Below are positions 31,038 through 41,492 of a DNA stretch of 63,979 nucleotides, piece by piece. Numbering within the stretch: position 1 is the first letter of the stretch; each line of letters starts with the position of its first letter. The stretch lies in NCBI GenBank assembly GCA_013415565.1, contig JAAEET010000001.1, forward strand, positions 1 through 63,979. Direction: 5' to 3'. Both the position numbers and the translations under genes were made by a program. This stretch comes from Methanomicrobiales archaeon. GTDB taxonomy: Archaea > Halobacteriota > Methanomicrobia > Methanomicrobiales > Methanospirillaceae. The notes under the pieces were generated by a model that saw nothing but the letters and a program-made list of their open reading frames with translations, was not told the DNA's origin and did not search any database.

Positions 31038-31724
31038 TCAGACCGGGAGGGTGCTGTCCGGGACCTTTCTGATGAGATCCTCCCCTTCCCGGGTCGCATC
31101 GTTGACCTGCCGGGAGACCCGGTAGGCCTCGAGGAGGTCCGCAGGGTAGGGGGTGAGGATTTCCGCGACCAGCCGGTCGGGGAGCCTTCCCGGCTCGAGC
31201 CACCGGGCCTCGTCATCCTCCCGCAGCAGCGCCGGCATCCGGTCATGGTAGCGGGAGACGAGGCTGTTTGCTTCCGTTGTGATGATCACGAAGGTGCGGA
31301 GCAGGCTCCCGTCCGGGCCCCTCCAGGTGTCATACAGCCCGGCGATGGCACAGAGCCCGTCGTCCTTCCGGTGGATGTAGTACGGCTCCGATACCTTTCC
31401 GGCTTTCTTCCATTCATAGAATCCGTTTGCCGGGACCAGGCAGCGGGACCGCTGCAGAGGGCTGCGGAACGAGGGCCGCTCGGCCAGGCTCTCACCCCGG
31501 GCATTGATCGGGCGGCGGACCGCCGAGGGGTCTTCTGCCCAGTGAGGGACCAGGCCCCAGACCATCTCCATGATGCTCCGCTCCCCGCTCTCCGGCAGGA
31601 TGATGACCGGCACGGGCTGTGACGGTGCGATGTTGAACCGCGGTTCGATCCGGATCCCGGCGGACTTCACCCCGAACCGCTCAGGGAGCCCGATGGTCAC
31701 GGTGATAGTGAAACGGCCGCACAC
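31038..31724 (-). CDS. SOS response-associated peptidase (SRAP/HMCES/YedK abasic-site protein)
   Basis: N-terminal MCGRF, FNIAPSQ, WGLVP, INARGE, GFYEW, HDRMP. Confidence 0.93.
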   Translation of the reverse strand: MCGRFTITVTIGLPERFGVKSAGIRIEPRFNIAPSQPVPVIILPESGERSIMEMVWGLVPHWAEDPSAVRRPINARGESLAERPSFRSPLQRSRCLVPANGFYEWKKAGKVSEPYYIHRKDDGLCAIAGLYDTWRGPDGSLLRTFVIITTEANSLVSRYHDRMPALLREDDEARWLEPGRLPDRLVAEILTPYPADLLEAYRVSRQVNDATREGEDLIRKVPDSTLPV

Positions 31725-31730
31725 GATAGA

Positions 31731-32489
31731 TCACCCGTTGCAGGAATCAGGGATGGTCAGGCGGCCGCTTATCCCCACGATCCCGGCCAGGTCACTGAAA
31801 TCATCGATTGCGTGATGGGCTCCGCCGTCCCTCCCCGGGCGGGGAAACCGGTCGCCGTACCGGGCATAGACCGTGGTCATCCCGAGCACCACGCCGGGCG
31901 CAATATCCCGCACCGGACTGTCGCCGACGAGCAGTGTCTCCCGTGCGGTAGTCTGCATCTGCAGGAGGGCGAAGAGGAAGGGGAGCGTGCTCGGTTTGTA
32001 GGAACCGGTCGCCTCGAAGGTCACCACCGGGTCGAAAAACTCGAGAAGACCGGTCCGCTCAAGCCGGGCACGCGTCTCGGGAAGACGGGCATCGGTCACC
32101 AGCGCCATCCGGAACCCGTGGTCCGAAAGCGTCCGGAGGGTTGAAACAACCCCCGGGAACGGCGTGAGATCCCGGAGCTTCTCTTCACGGTAGATTGTCG
32201 TGCAGTGACGGTACATCTCCTGGCTGAAGCGTCCCTGGTGCACGAGGAAGTCCCGGATATTTTCCGGGTCCTCGAATCCACCCTGCCTGCGGAGGAAATA
32301 CGAGAAGAGTTCCTCTGCATTACCGGCCCCGCAGTGTGCCGCAACCCGTCCGCAGGCCCGCATCTTTGCCCCGACCAGGTCAAAGAGGGTATTGTCCATA
32401 TCGAATATGACGGCCTTAACCGGTTTCCAAGGAATTCCTTTTTGGTTTTCCTGTGAATCCTTTTTTATGTCCTGCACAATCAGGTTCAT
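31731..32489 (-). CDS. HAD-superfamily hydrolase
   Basis: FDMDNTLFD, KP, VGDSPVRDI; start uncertain. Confidence 0.85.
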   Translation of the reverse strand: MNLIVQDIKKDSQENQKGIPWKPVKAVIFDMDNTLFDLVGAKMRACGRVAAHCGAGNAEELFSYFLRRQGGFEDPENIRDFLVHQGRFSQEMYRHCTTIYREEKLRDLTPFPGVVSTLRTLSDHGFRMALVTDARLPETRARLERTGLLEFFDPVVTFEATGSYKPSTLPFLFALLQMQTTARETLLVGDSPVRDIAPGVVLGMTTVYARYGDRFPRPGRDGGAHHAIDDFSDLAGIVGISGRLTIPDSCNG

Positions 32490-32749
32490 CCTCGGGTGCT
32501 CAATGCACGTTTCTTTCCACGTCCACAATAGAGGAATTCCAGTATAATAGGTGCTCCGATCCTGTCCGGGGGTTTGATCCGGCTGCCGGGGAGCCGATGA
32601 CGGGGACCATCGATAAGTCCGGGATAGTCCGGGAGCGTGGGATCCTGGGACTGCCTGGTCGGGTTGTTCTGTCATGCTGAATTTACTTCTTTTTATAGAA
32701 AATCTTTTATAAGATATCCCGTAATGGGGTGTAAAGGAGTTGAAAAAAA

Positions 32750-33145
32750 ATGTCCCCTCCTTCACGTCGTAGCCTTATCCTGCTGGCACTGGTCTCCCTC
32801 CTGTGCATTTCAGTGACAGCCTCGGCTGAGCTCTCACGGCTCAATGTATCAGATATCCCAGGTTACAAAGTACCTTCGATTAACATTTCAGACATTCCGG
32901 GTTACAAAGTACCAAAAATGGGCATCTCAGAGTATCCGACCTACAAGGCACCCACGATAGGCGTCTCGGAAAATCCGAGTTACACATTACCCACGATCGG
33001 CATCTCGGAGTATCCGACCTACAAGGCACCCACGATCGGCATCTCGGAAATTCCGGGTTACACATTACCCACGATCGGGATATCGGAAATTCCGGGTTAC
33101 AAATTACCCAAGTTCGGCATATCAGAAAATCCGAGTTACCCGTAA
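32750..33145 (+). CDS. Secreted 13-aa tandem-repeat protein
   Basis: Signal peptide ending TASA; about 8 repeats of (I/F)GISE(Y/I/N)P(T/G/S)Y(K/T)(A/L/V)P(T/K). Confidence 0.8.
   Translation: MSPPSRRSLILLALVSLLCISVTASAELSRLNVSDIPGYKVPSINISDIPGYKVPKMGISEYPTYKAPTIGVSENPSYTLPTIGISEYPTYKAPTIGISEIPGYTLPTIGISEIPGYKLPKFGISENPSYP
32840..33142 (+). repeat. 39-bp coding tandem repeat (about 7.8 units)
   Basis: Units 32921-32959 and 32999-33037 differ at only 2 of 39 nt; partial AB-AB 78-bp higher-order period. Confidence 0.9.
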
Positions 33146-33392
33146 TACACGACCAGATTATCCCCAGCAGCAGTGACCGATGAATAAAAATTATTCCGAC
33201 CTTTTTTTCCATGGATTCCCGGGGCACAGTATCGCGTTTCGCCAAAGATCATCATGTGGATTTCACAGCATTGGACCAGAATATCTGATCACGGGCAGGA
33301 GGTTTTTGGAATGTTCCGGATCAAAAAAATAGTGGTCGTTTCAGGATACCCAGTACAACAGGATGGTGACATGAACGGCAGGGGCATTCCCT

Positions 33393-33914
33393 TCAGTGCA
33401 GTTCCCGTATCCTGTCATGCGCGATCTGCCGCCTCACCCGTTTCTTATACGCCCGGACCCCTTTGAGAGAGACCCCCCATGCAGAGCAGAGTTCCCTGAT
33501 CTCCTTCGCCAGATCATCCGGGTCTGCCCTGTTTTTCCCGAGCAGGTTGAACATCACCAGGTTCGGGTTATCCGTACAGTTCAGGACATTCACCGTCAGG
33601 TTATCGTGATCGACATTGCGTGCCGCAAGATCGATGATGCCCAGGGACAAAAACCCGGTTTCTGTGGGTTCCACCAGGAACTGGATATAGAAATAACCCT
33701 CGGGTACGGCATTCTCCCGGGTTTCCGGATCCTGGTGCCCGCCGCACGAGCCGCAGGTATAGACGTCGGGGAGATCATTGAGCAAATCGACAAGTTTCCT
33801 GATCCGATCGTCAACGGTAACCGGGAGCGAAAGCACGGCGAATATGATCTCTTCCCGTGTCCTGTCACCGGAGACTTCCACGAATTCCTGCTTTCTGTCA
33901 CGACCGGGAGACAT
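33393..33914 (-). CDS. Hypothetical protein with TYW3-like N-terminal motif
   Basis: VDDRIRKLVDLLNDLPDVYTCGSCGGH resembles the TYW3 D..I..L...N...Y.T.SSC.G motif. Confidence 0.7.
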   Translation of the reverse strand: MSPGRDRKQEFVEVSGDRTREEIIFAVLSLPVTVDDRIRKLVDLLNDLPDVYTCGSCGGHQDPETRENAVPEGYFYIQFLVEPTETGFLSLGIIDLAARNVDHDNLTVNVLNCTDNPNLVMFNLLGKNRADPDDLAKEIRELCSAWGVSLKGVRAYKKRVRRQIAHDRIRELH

Positions 33915-34330
33915 ACCTCGCAATCACCCTGCGGTATCACATTCACCGTGTACCCCGATGGTATGATGGCAGTACCAAAGAGATTTGCGGTGAATGAACC
34001 GGGTTTTTCAACCATTCGTGGATTTTGGATGAATACCGGTTCTTTGCGTCCGGTGCATCGTGATCCCGGTATCCCTTTGCCGGGATCCGGTCCCCCGATC
34101 TCACGGGCACAGGCGCTCCCGATCCCCGCAACAGACCGGGGTGGACCCTGTCCGGGATGAGGGGCCGGCCGGAAACGACGGCTGACCCTGATCCTGATCC
34201 GGCAGTCGGTCGAACGTTCCCTCACGGGAAGCGTCAGGGGAACGTTCCGGACCGATCGCCCGGTCCCGCACTCCTGCGGGAAAAAGGTATATCCATCCTG
34301 AAACGACACTCCCGTTCTGGGTTTGACGAT

Positions 34331-35695
34331 ATGATTCTCCGAAAGATCTCATCCGGAGGAATTTCCCACAATTCCTACGTTATCGGTGCCGGGGGAACGG
34401 CTGCTGTCATCGATCCCCGGCGGGACGTTGAGGTATACCTGGACCTCGCCCGTGATGCCGGAATACAGATCACCCACATTTTCGAGACGCACCGGAACGA
34501 AGACTATGTGATCGGCTCAGTCGAGCTTGCAGCCCGGACCGGTGCCGAGATCCTGCACGGGCACCAGATGGACTTTGCCTACGGAACAAAGGTGAAGGAG
34601 GGGGACGCCGTCGGCCTCGGTTCCCTTGAACTGAAGGTGCTCGAGACCCCCGGCCACACCATGGAGAGCATCTCGATCGTGGTGACCGACCGGGATGTCT
34701 CCGATCTCCCCTACGCGGTGTTCACCGGCGACGCGCTCTTTGCCGGCGAGGTGGGGAGGACCGACTTTTTTGGGGAAGAGAAGCGGCCCGTCGTGTCGGC
34801 AATGCTCTACGAGAGTCTTTTCGGAAAGATTCTCCCTCTCGGCGATCAGACCATCATCTTTCCTGCACACGGCGCCGGATCGGTCTGCGGATCCGAGATC
34901 AGCGACCACGAGTTCTCCACCATCGGGTACGAGAAGCAGACGAACCCGCTGCTCCAGCTCTCGCGGGAGGAATTCATCAGGAGGAAAGTGACCGAGCACC
35001 ATTACCTTCCTCCCTACTTTGCCATGATGGAGAAGCACAACCGGGACGGGGCGCCGATCATCCACCACCTCCCGGACCTGACGGCGTTCACGGTAAAGGA
35101 GGTAAGCGGACTCCAGGCCCGGGCCCAGATCCTTGATATCCGGTCCCCGACCTCTTTTGCCGCCGGCCACATTCCCGGGGCGCTCTCGATCTGGAAAGAC
35201 GGCCTCCCGGCATTCATGGGCTGGTTCCTGAACTACGAGGATCCGATCATCCTTATCGATGATTTCAACTGCAATCTCCCGGAGGTGAGCCGGCACTTCG
35301 TGCGGCTCGGGTACGACAACCTTGCAGGCTACCTTGCCGGGGGTTTCCCGGCCTGGTTCAAATCGGCAGCACCGGTTGAAAAATTCGCTGCATGGAGCGT
35401 CCAGGAGCTGTCCCGGCGGCGGGAGAAAGGAGATATCTTCCTGCTCGATGTCCGGGATATCGCCAATGTCACGCGTTTCGGAAAGATACCGGGAGCGCAC
35501 CATATCTTCATCGGGGAACTTCCCCGCAGGATCACGGAGGTGCCAAAGAGCGGGCAGGTTGCCGTGTACTGCGATGCAGGGTACAAGGGATCTCTCGGGG
35601 CAAGCATCCTTGCCCGGAACGGGTATTCCGAGGTCGCCAATATCCTCGGGGGTATGATGGCGTGGCTGAAGGCCGGCTTTCCGGTCGTGAAATAA
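34331..35695 (+). CDS. Metallo-beta-lactamase fold + double rhodanese protein (persulfide dioxygenase-like)
   Basis: DPRRD, ETHRNEDY, TPGHT, FTGDALF, PAHGAGSVCG, GHIPGA, YCDAGYKG. Confidence 0.88.
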   Translation: MILRKISSGGISHNSYVIGAGGTAAVIDPRRDVEVYLDLARDAGIQITHIFETHRNEDYVIGSVELAARTGAEILHGHQMDFAYGTKVKEGDAVGLGSLELKVLETPGHTMESISIVVTDRDVSDLPYAVFTGDALFAGEVGRTDFFGEEKRPVVSAMLYESLFGKILPLGDQTIIFPAHGAGSVCGSEISDHEFSTIGYEKQTNPLLQLSREEFIRRKVTEHHYLPPYFAMMEKHNRDGAPIIHHLPDLTAFTVKEVSGLQARAQILDIRSPTSFAAGHIPGALSIWKDGLPAFMGWFLNYEDPIILIDDFNCNLPEVSRHFVRLGYDNLAGYLAGGFPAWFKSAAPVEKFAAWSVQELSRRREKGDIFLLDVRDIANVTRFGKIPGAHHIFIGELPRRITEVPKSGQVAVYCDAGYKGSLGASILARNGYSEVANILGGMMAWLKAGFPVVK

Positions 35696-35775
35696 TCCCG
35701 CCATCTCTTTTTCCGCATCACAGGAATTTCCAAAAATTTAAGGTGCACGGGTGCGATGTGCACATTGGTACCGCC

Positions 35776-36252
35776 ATGGAAATCGTGAAAATACCCCGGA
35801 TGGACAAGAGGGATTATGACCGGCTCATTGAAGAGGGCTATGTCTGTCGCATCGCCTTCCAGGGAGAGAAGTACCCCTATATTGCTCCATTTCTCTATGT
35901 TTTTGACGGAAAATTCCTCTATTTCCTGTCAACGAAATACGGCAAGAAGCTGGAGTATTTCAGAAAGAGCCCGTACGTCGCCGTGGAGATCGAGAAGTAT
36001 TCCCGCGATCTCTCGTCATTTACCTTTGTCAGCCTTCAGGGCTACCTCGAGGAGGTGACCGACTCGATCGAGAAGAAGATCATACGCGAAGAGTTTGTAA
36101 CCCTGGTCAAGGAGCGCCGGTTGTCCACCAACATCCTCGCCGCGCTCGGACATTCGCCCCAGGATCCCCCCGAGGCTATCGCTCTCGAGGAACGGTCCCT
36201 GGTCTGGAAGCTGACCGGCGTCAAGGACCTCGTGGCCCTGAAAAACCTCTGA
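35776..36252 (+). CDS. Pyridoxamine 5'-phosphate oxidase-like flavin-binding protein (NimA-like)
   Basis: VCRIAF...YPYIAPFLY, YGKKLEYFRKSPYVAVEIE. Confidence 0.82.
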   Translation: MEIVKIPRMDKRDYDRLIEEGYVCRIAFQGEKYPYIAPFLYVFDGKFLYFLSTKYGKKLEYFRKSPYVAVEIEKYSRDLSSFTFVSLQGYLEEVTDSIEKKIIREEFVTLVKERRLSTNILAALGHSPQDPPEAIALEERSLVWKLTGVKDLVALKNL

Positions 36253-36371
36253 ATCTCTTTTCTCTGCGACTTCGATCCCCGGTATCAGGATCTCCCCGTC
36301 CCTGCAGAACGGGAGTGCTTCATTCCGCCAGGCATTGAAGACCTGTCCGGCTCCCGGAAGCAGCAGGGACG

Positions 36372-38480
36372 CTACCTCCGCTCAACCTCGTCGAGCAGTT
36401 CCTCCGCGGTGGTTACCGGACGCAAACAGGTGTGCCGGATGCAGGCATAAGCCCTGGACGTTCCTGCCGGTGCATCCATGACCGCCGTGAAGGGAGCAAG
36501 CCGGGAGAGCTCTTCCCGGTTTTCCGGCGTCTTTTGGATCAGCACGATGAAGGGGAGGTAGCGCCGGTTGAGGGCGGCGGCCATCTCCCGTCCGGAGCCA
36601 TCCCCTTCGCCCTCAACGATCACCACCTCGCCCGAAGGGCCGTACACTGATCCGAGGCCGGCCAGGAAGAATGTATAGGCGGCAGGGGACCGGGAGAGCG
36701 GACCCGAGTAGAGCCTGCCGATGTCGGAAGCCCGCTTCTCGTATACGGTATCCCCGGTGAGATGGGAGAGGGTGAGGAGACTGGTGAAGGCAACCGAGTT
36801 TGGAGAGGGAATGGCGCCGTCGTACAGGTCAATGCGGCGGGCAATCACGTCGTCCTGCCCGGCGGGCGTGGTGAAGTAGCCGCCATGCCGGGAATCCCGG
36901 AACCGGTCATCGAATATCCGGGCGAGGTCGCAGGCTGCCGAAAGATCCCGGGTGTTTGACCGGGCCATGAAAAGTTCGCAGAGACCGAAGATCAGGAATG
37001 CGTAATCGGAAGCCTGTCCCGCGATCCCGGCCTGCCCGTTCCGGTAACGGTGGAGAAGGGATCCGTCACCGGCCTGCAGGCGATCGAGGAGGAACCCTGA
37101 CGCCGCCCCGGCGCGATCGGCATACCGGGGTTCGGAAAATACCCGGGATGCCCGGGCACAGGCGGCAATCATCAGCCCGTTCCAGTCGGTCAGGATCTTG
37201 TCGTCGGTCATCGGGGCTCCGCGCTCCCGGCGGGCACCGGCAAGGGTTGCCCGGGCAGCGGAGAGCACCGAATCAAGCTCTTCCGGGGTCATTTTCAGCC
37301 GGGCCGCGATCTGATCCGGGGTCCGCGTGGAGTGGAGGATGTTCTTCCCGGTCCTCTCCCCGGTCACCGGGTCGAGGAAGTTTCCGGGAGTTGTCACATG
37401 CCAGGCGGCGGTCGCGATCCTGAAGGTATCCGGGTCGAGCAGCTCCCCGAGTTCCGCCCTGGTCCAGAGGTAGTACCCCCCCTCCTCCCCGGCCGTATCG
37501 GCGTCCTGCCCCGAGTAGAATGCCCCCTCGGTGGAGGTCATCTCCCGGTCCACAAAATCCAGGGTCTCCCTGGCAACCCGTTCAAAGAACCGGTCCCCTG
37601 TTGCCTGGAACGCTTCGGAATACGCAAGAACCAGCAGCGCCTGGTCATAGAGCATCTTCTCGAAGTGCGGCACGAGCCAGTCCGCATCGGTCGAGTACCG
37701 GTGAAACCCGAATCCGACCTGGTCGCGGATCCCACCCAGGGCCATGGACCTGAGGGTTTTCTCCACCATGTCGAGCGCCTTTGGCTCTTCCTTCAACCGG
37801 TAATACCGGAGGAGGAAGAGGAGATTGTGGGGGAGGGGGAATTTGGGGGCAGGTCCGAATCCGCCGCGGACCCGGTCGTAGCGGAGCAGCAGGTCCTGGA
37901 ACCCGGCATCGAGCATGGTCCGCTGGGGGCTCCGCCCCCGCTCCGGCCGGGTATCGAGGGACCGCGATACCGCCTGTGCCGATGCCAGCAGCTTCTCCCG
38001 GTCGTCCCGCCACATCGTGGCGATACCGGTGAGCACATCGATGATGCCGGGAGACCCGAACCGGCTTTCGCGGGGGATGTAGGTCATGGCAAAGAAGGGC
38101 TTCCGTTCCGGTGTCAGGATGATATTGAGGGGCCAGCCTCCCGACCCGGTGAGAATCTGGCTTGCCGCCATGTAGATCTGGTCGAGGTCAGGCCGCTCCT
38201 CGCGGTCGACCTTGATGGCGATGAAGTGCTCGTTCATCACCCGGGCTACTTCCGGATCCCCGAAGGACTCCCGCTCCATGACATGGCACCAGTGGCACGT
38301 GGCGTACCCGATCGAGAGAAAGACCATCCTGTCTTTCCGACGTGCCTCGGCAAATGCATCATCGCCCCAGGCATACCAGTCGACCGGGTTGTAGGCATGC
38401 TGGAGGAGGTAGGGGCTCACCTCGCTGATGAGCCGGTTCGGCCCGCCTTTCGGGCGTCCGGTCCCGGTCTCCTCATCCAT
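36372..38480 (-). CDS. YyaL/SSP411 thioredoxin-domain + six-hairpin protein
   Basis: [60 protein letters not shown]. Confidence 0.92.
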   Translation of the reverse strand: MDEETGTGRPKGGPNRLISEVSPYLLQHAYNPVDWYAWGDDAFAEARRKDRMVFLSIGYATCHWCHVMERESFGDPEVARVMNEHFIAIKVDREERPDLDQIYMAASQILTGSGGWPLNIILTPERKPFFAMTYIPRESRFGSPGIIDVLTGIATMWRDDREKLLASAQAVSRSLDTRPERGRSPQRTMLDAGFQDLLLRYDRVRGGFGPAPKFPLPHNLLFLLRYYRLKEEPKALDMVEKTLRSMALGGIRDQVGFGFHRYSTDADWLVPHFEKMLYDQALLVLAYSEAFQATGDRFFERVARETLDFVDREMTSTEGAFYSGQDADTAGEEGGYYLWTRAELGELLDPDTFRIATAAWHVTTPGNFLDPVTGERTGKNILHSTRTPDQIAARLKMTPEELDSVLSAARATLAGARRERGAPMTDDKILTDWNGLMIAACARASRVFSEPRYADRAGAASGFLLDRLQAGDGSLLHRYRNGQAGIAGQASDYAFLIFGLCELFMARSNTRDLSAACDLARIFDDRFRDSRHGGYFTTPAGQDDVIARRIDLYDGAIPSPNSVAFTSLLTLSHLTGDTVYEKRASDIGRLYSGPLSRSPAAYTFFLAGLGSVYGPSGEVVIVEGEGDGSGREMAAALNRRYLPFIVLIQKTPENREELSRLAPFTAVMDAPAGTSRAYACIRHTCLRPVTTAEELLDEVERR

Positions 38481-38742
38481 GGATCCACCACTCCCTGCCA
38501 TGATCCTCCGGTATGATGGCCGCAGAGGGTTGTGCACCGGAAAACGATCCCTGCCTGATCTGTGGCAGGGTGGGAACCGTTGGCGCCTCCCGGGGTTCGG
38601 GAACCGTCGGCAGTTCCGGAGGCGCTTCCGGGAAGATCCCACCCGCCGGACCCGTTTCCCGATCCTCGTCGCGGACACAGCCGCCGCACGAAATCAGCAG
38701 CGCCAGCAGGATACCGAAGAAACAGAGCACGACCGGGTTCAT
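38473..38742 (-). CDS. Putative small Pro-rich lipoprotein
   Basis: [22 protein letters not shown] signal/lipobox, then Pro/Glu-rich segment; overlaps yyaL start by 8 nt. Confidence 0.5.
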   Translation of the reverse strand: MNPVVLCFFGILLALLISCGGCVRDEDRETGPAGGIFPEAPPELPTVPEPREAPTVPTLPQIRQGSFSGAQPSAAIIPEDHGREWWIHG

Positions 38743-38840
38743 GGAAGGGGATTTGGACCTGCACGGCATCAACCTTCTCCCGAACGGAGAAAGCCCGGAT
38801 CGGCATACATTTGTCATCCCGGGAAGACAGAATACATGCT

Positions 38841-41492
38841 ATGGCCGATCCTCTCCGCGGCGGCCGGGCGGCGCCGGAAAAAACGACGCCGGCCATGGCC
38901 CAGTACCGGTCAATCAAGGAGCAGCACCGGGATGCCATCCTCTTCTTCCATATCGGCGACTTCTACGAGACATTCGGTGAGGATGCCGAGACCATCTCAC
39001 GGGAGCTCGATATCGCGCTCACTTCCCGTTCGAAGGACAGCTCGGGGAAGAAGATCCCCCTCGCCGGAGTCCCCTGCCATGCAGCGGAGGGGTACATCTC
39101 CCGGCTGATCGCAAAGGGCTACCGGGTGGCGGTCTGCGACCAGGTAGAGGACGCTCACCGCGCCAAAGGGATCGTGAAGCGCGAAGTGGTCCGGGTCATC
39201 ACCCCCGGCACGGTCATCGATGAAGGGATGTTCACCTCTCCGGAGGCATGCTACCTGATGGCCATCGCCGCTGACGAGGAAAGCCCGGATCTGGGCCTCG
39301 CCTTTCTCGATGTTTCGACCGGTCAATTCCTGGCCACGTCCTGCAGCCGCGACCGGGGAACCGGGGACCTTCTTTCCGAGATACGACGTTACCAGCCTGC
39401 CGAATGTCTCCTCCCCCCGGATCTGGCTGCCGATCTCGGGGGCCCGGTGCAAGAGTGCGGGGTCGTGGTCACGGAGGTCGGAACATGTCCGGGCCCCGAT
39501 GAAGCCGCGGCTCTCCTGGAAGAGCAGTTCGGTGCGGAAGGGACGGAAGGGGATGATATCGGCGGCTCTCCGGCAGCGGTCAGGGCTGCCGCCCTCGCAC
39601 TGCGGTATGCAAAGGAGACGCAGCGGAAGGAACTCTCGCACGTCAGGAAGCTTTCATTCCGCCAGATGTCCGGGTGGTGTGTGATCGATGGCATCACCCA
39701 GCGCAACCTCGAGATCACCCGGAGCATCCGGGGACGATCCGGCGACCCGACGCTCCTCTCCGTTCTCAACCTGACCGGGACGCCGATGGGAAGCCGGCTT
39801 CTCCGGCAGTGGCTGGCGGCCCCCCTCCTCTCGGCGGACCATATCAATGACCGGCTCGATGCCGTGGAATTCTTTGCCGGGGACACCCCGGCCCGCCTGA
39901 AGATCCGGACACTGCTGGCAAAAACTGCCGATATCGAACGGATCGCGGGGAGAATAGCATACCGGAATGCATCGCCGCGGGATCTCATCTCTCTCGCGCG
40001 GTCCCTGGAGGCCGTTCCCGCCCTGTGCGATGTCATGTCGGGCAGCAGCCTCCCCCGGCTCCTTGCCGGGGCGATAGACGATCTCGGCGATCCCGATCCC
40101 GTTGTCTCCCTCATCACCCGGGCGATCACCGAAGACCCGCCGGTCTCTGTCCGGAACGGGGGAATTTTCCGGGAGGGTTACGATGCCCGCCTCGATTCGC
40201 TCCGGTCGCGGTCATCACGGGGCAGGGAGTGGATCATCGCCCTCCAGCAGCAGGAACGGGAACGAACCGGGATCCGGTCGCTCAAGGTAGCCTTCAACTC
40301 CGTGTTCGGGTACTATATCGAGGTGACCCGGCCGAACCTGCACCTGGTCCCCCCCGAATACGAACGGAAACAGACAACCTCCACCGGTGAACGGTTCACC
40401 CTGCCCGAACTCAAGGAGCAGGAAGCGGCAATCGCAACCGCCGAGGAAGGGCTGTGCGCCCTCGAACAGGAACTCTTTTCCGGGCTGCTCGACCGTCTTG
40501 CCGCAGGCATGCCCCTGCTCCAGGCCATCTCCCGGGGCATGGCCGCACTCGATATCTTCTCCTCGCTTGCAGAGGCGGCGGTCAGGTACCGGTACACCCG
40601 CCCGGTCCTGGACACCTCCGGCGATATCCTGATCCGTGAAGGGAGACATCCGGTGGTGGAACGGGCGGAAGGGGTCTCCTTTGTTCCCAATGACACCACC
40701 CTCTCGGCCGATGGCGAGCAGATCCTGATCATCACCGGCGCCAACATGGCCGGGAAATCCACCTACATGCGGGCCGTTGCCCACATCGTCATCATGGCCC
40801 AGGCAGGCTCCTTTGTTCCGGCCACCCATGCCCGGATCGGGCTCGTGGACCGGATCTTCACCCGGGTCGGCGCTTTTGACGACCTTGCCAGCGGCCAGAG
40901 CACGTTCATGGTCGAGATGCTCGAGCTTGCCAACATCCTGAACAACGTGTCCGGTACCAGCCTGGTCATCCTCGATGAGATCGGCCGGGGCACCAGTACG
41001 CTTGACGGCTACTGTATCGCGAGGGCGGTGCTGGAATTTCTCCATGGAAAGAGGCAGGCCGGGCCACGGACGCTGTTTGCAACCCATTTCCACGAGATTG
41101 TCACCGCCGAATCGGACCTGAAAAGGGTGAGGAACTACCATTTCGCGGTCAGGGATACCGGCTCCGAAGTGGTCTTCCTCCGCACCCTCATCCCCGGGGC
41201 CACCGACCGGAGCTACGGAATCCACGTCGCGACCCTTGCCGGGGTACCCTCCCGGGTGACCGACCGGGCTGCCGCCATTCTCGACGAGCTGATGAGGGGT
41301 GAGACCGGGGCGGGTGGACGGGTGAAGCGGTATACCCAGATGCTGCTGATCGAAGCGCCCCAGGCACGCCCTGACCCGCTCATCGCCGATCTCAGGGATC
41401 TTGATCCCGACAGCATGAGCCCTCGTCAGGCTCTCGAAGTGCTCTACGAGCTCCACCGGAAGGCCGGCGGGCGGAAGGGGGTTGACCGGTGA
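38841..41492 (+). CDS. mutS: DNA mismatch repair protein MutS (MutS1)
   Basis: TPAMAQY, GDFYETF, ITGANMAGKSTYMR, STFMVEM, DEIGRGTST, FATHFHE. Confidence 0.97.
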   Translation: MADPLRGGRAAPEKTTPAMAQYRSIKEQHRDAILFFHIGDFYETFGEDAETISRELDIALTSRSKDSSGKKIPLAGVPCHAAEGYISRLIAKGYRVAVCDQVEDAHRAKGIVKREVVRVITPGTVIDEGMFTSPEACYLMAIAADEESPDLGLAFLDVSTGQFLATSCSRDRGTGDLLSEIRRYQPAECLLPPDLAADLGGPVQECGVVVTEVGTCPGPDEAAALLEEQFGAEGTEGDDIGGSPAAVRAAALALRYAKETQRKELSHVRKLSFRQMSGWCVIDGITQRNLEITRSIRGRSGDPTLLSVLNLTGTPMGSRLLRQWLAAPLLSADHINDRLDAVEFFAGDTPARLKIRTLLAKTADIERIAGRIAYRNASPRDLISLARSLEAVPALCDVMSGSSLPRLLAGAIDDLGDPDPVVSLITRAITEDPPVSVRNGGIFREGYDARLDSLRSRSSRGREWIIALQQQERERTGIRSLKVAFNSVFGYYIEVTRPNLHLVPPEYERKQTTSTGERFTLPELKEQEAAIATAEEGLCALEQELFSGLLDRLAAGMPLLQAISRGMAALDIFSSLAEAAVRYRYTRPVLDTSGDILIREGRHPVVERAEGVSFVPNDTTLSADGEQILIITGANMAGKSTYMRAVAHIVIMAQAGSFVPATHARIGLVDRIFTRVGAFDDLASGQSTFMVEMLELANILNNVSGTSLVILDEIGRGTSTLDGYCIARAVLEFLHGKRQAGPRTLFATHFHEIVTAESDLKRVRNYHFAVRDTGSEVVFLRTLIPGATDRSYGIHVATLAGVPSRVTDRAAAILDELMRGETGAGGRVKRYTQMLLIEAPQARPDPLIADLRDLDPDSMSPRQALEVLYELHRKAGGRKGVDR

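Noticed and set aside
32840..33142. 39-bp periodic repeats as a CRISPR array
   Set aside because: Units are contiguous with no unique spacers, are a multiple of 3, stay in frame behind a signal peptide, and no cas genes are present
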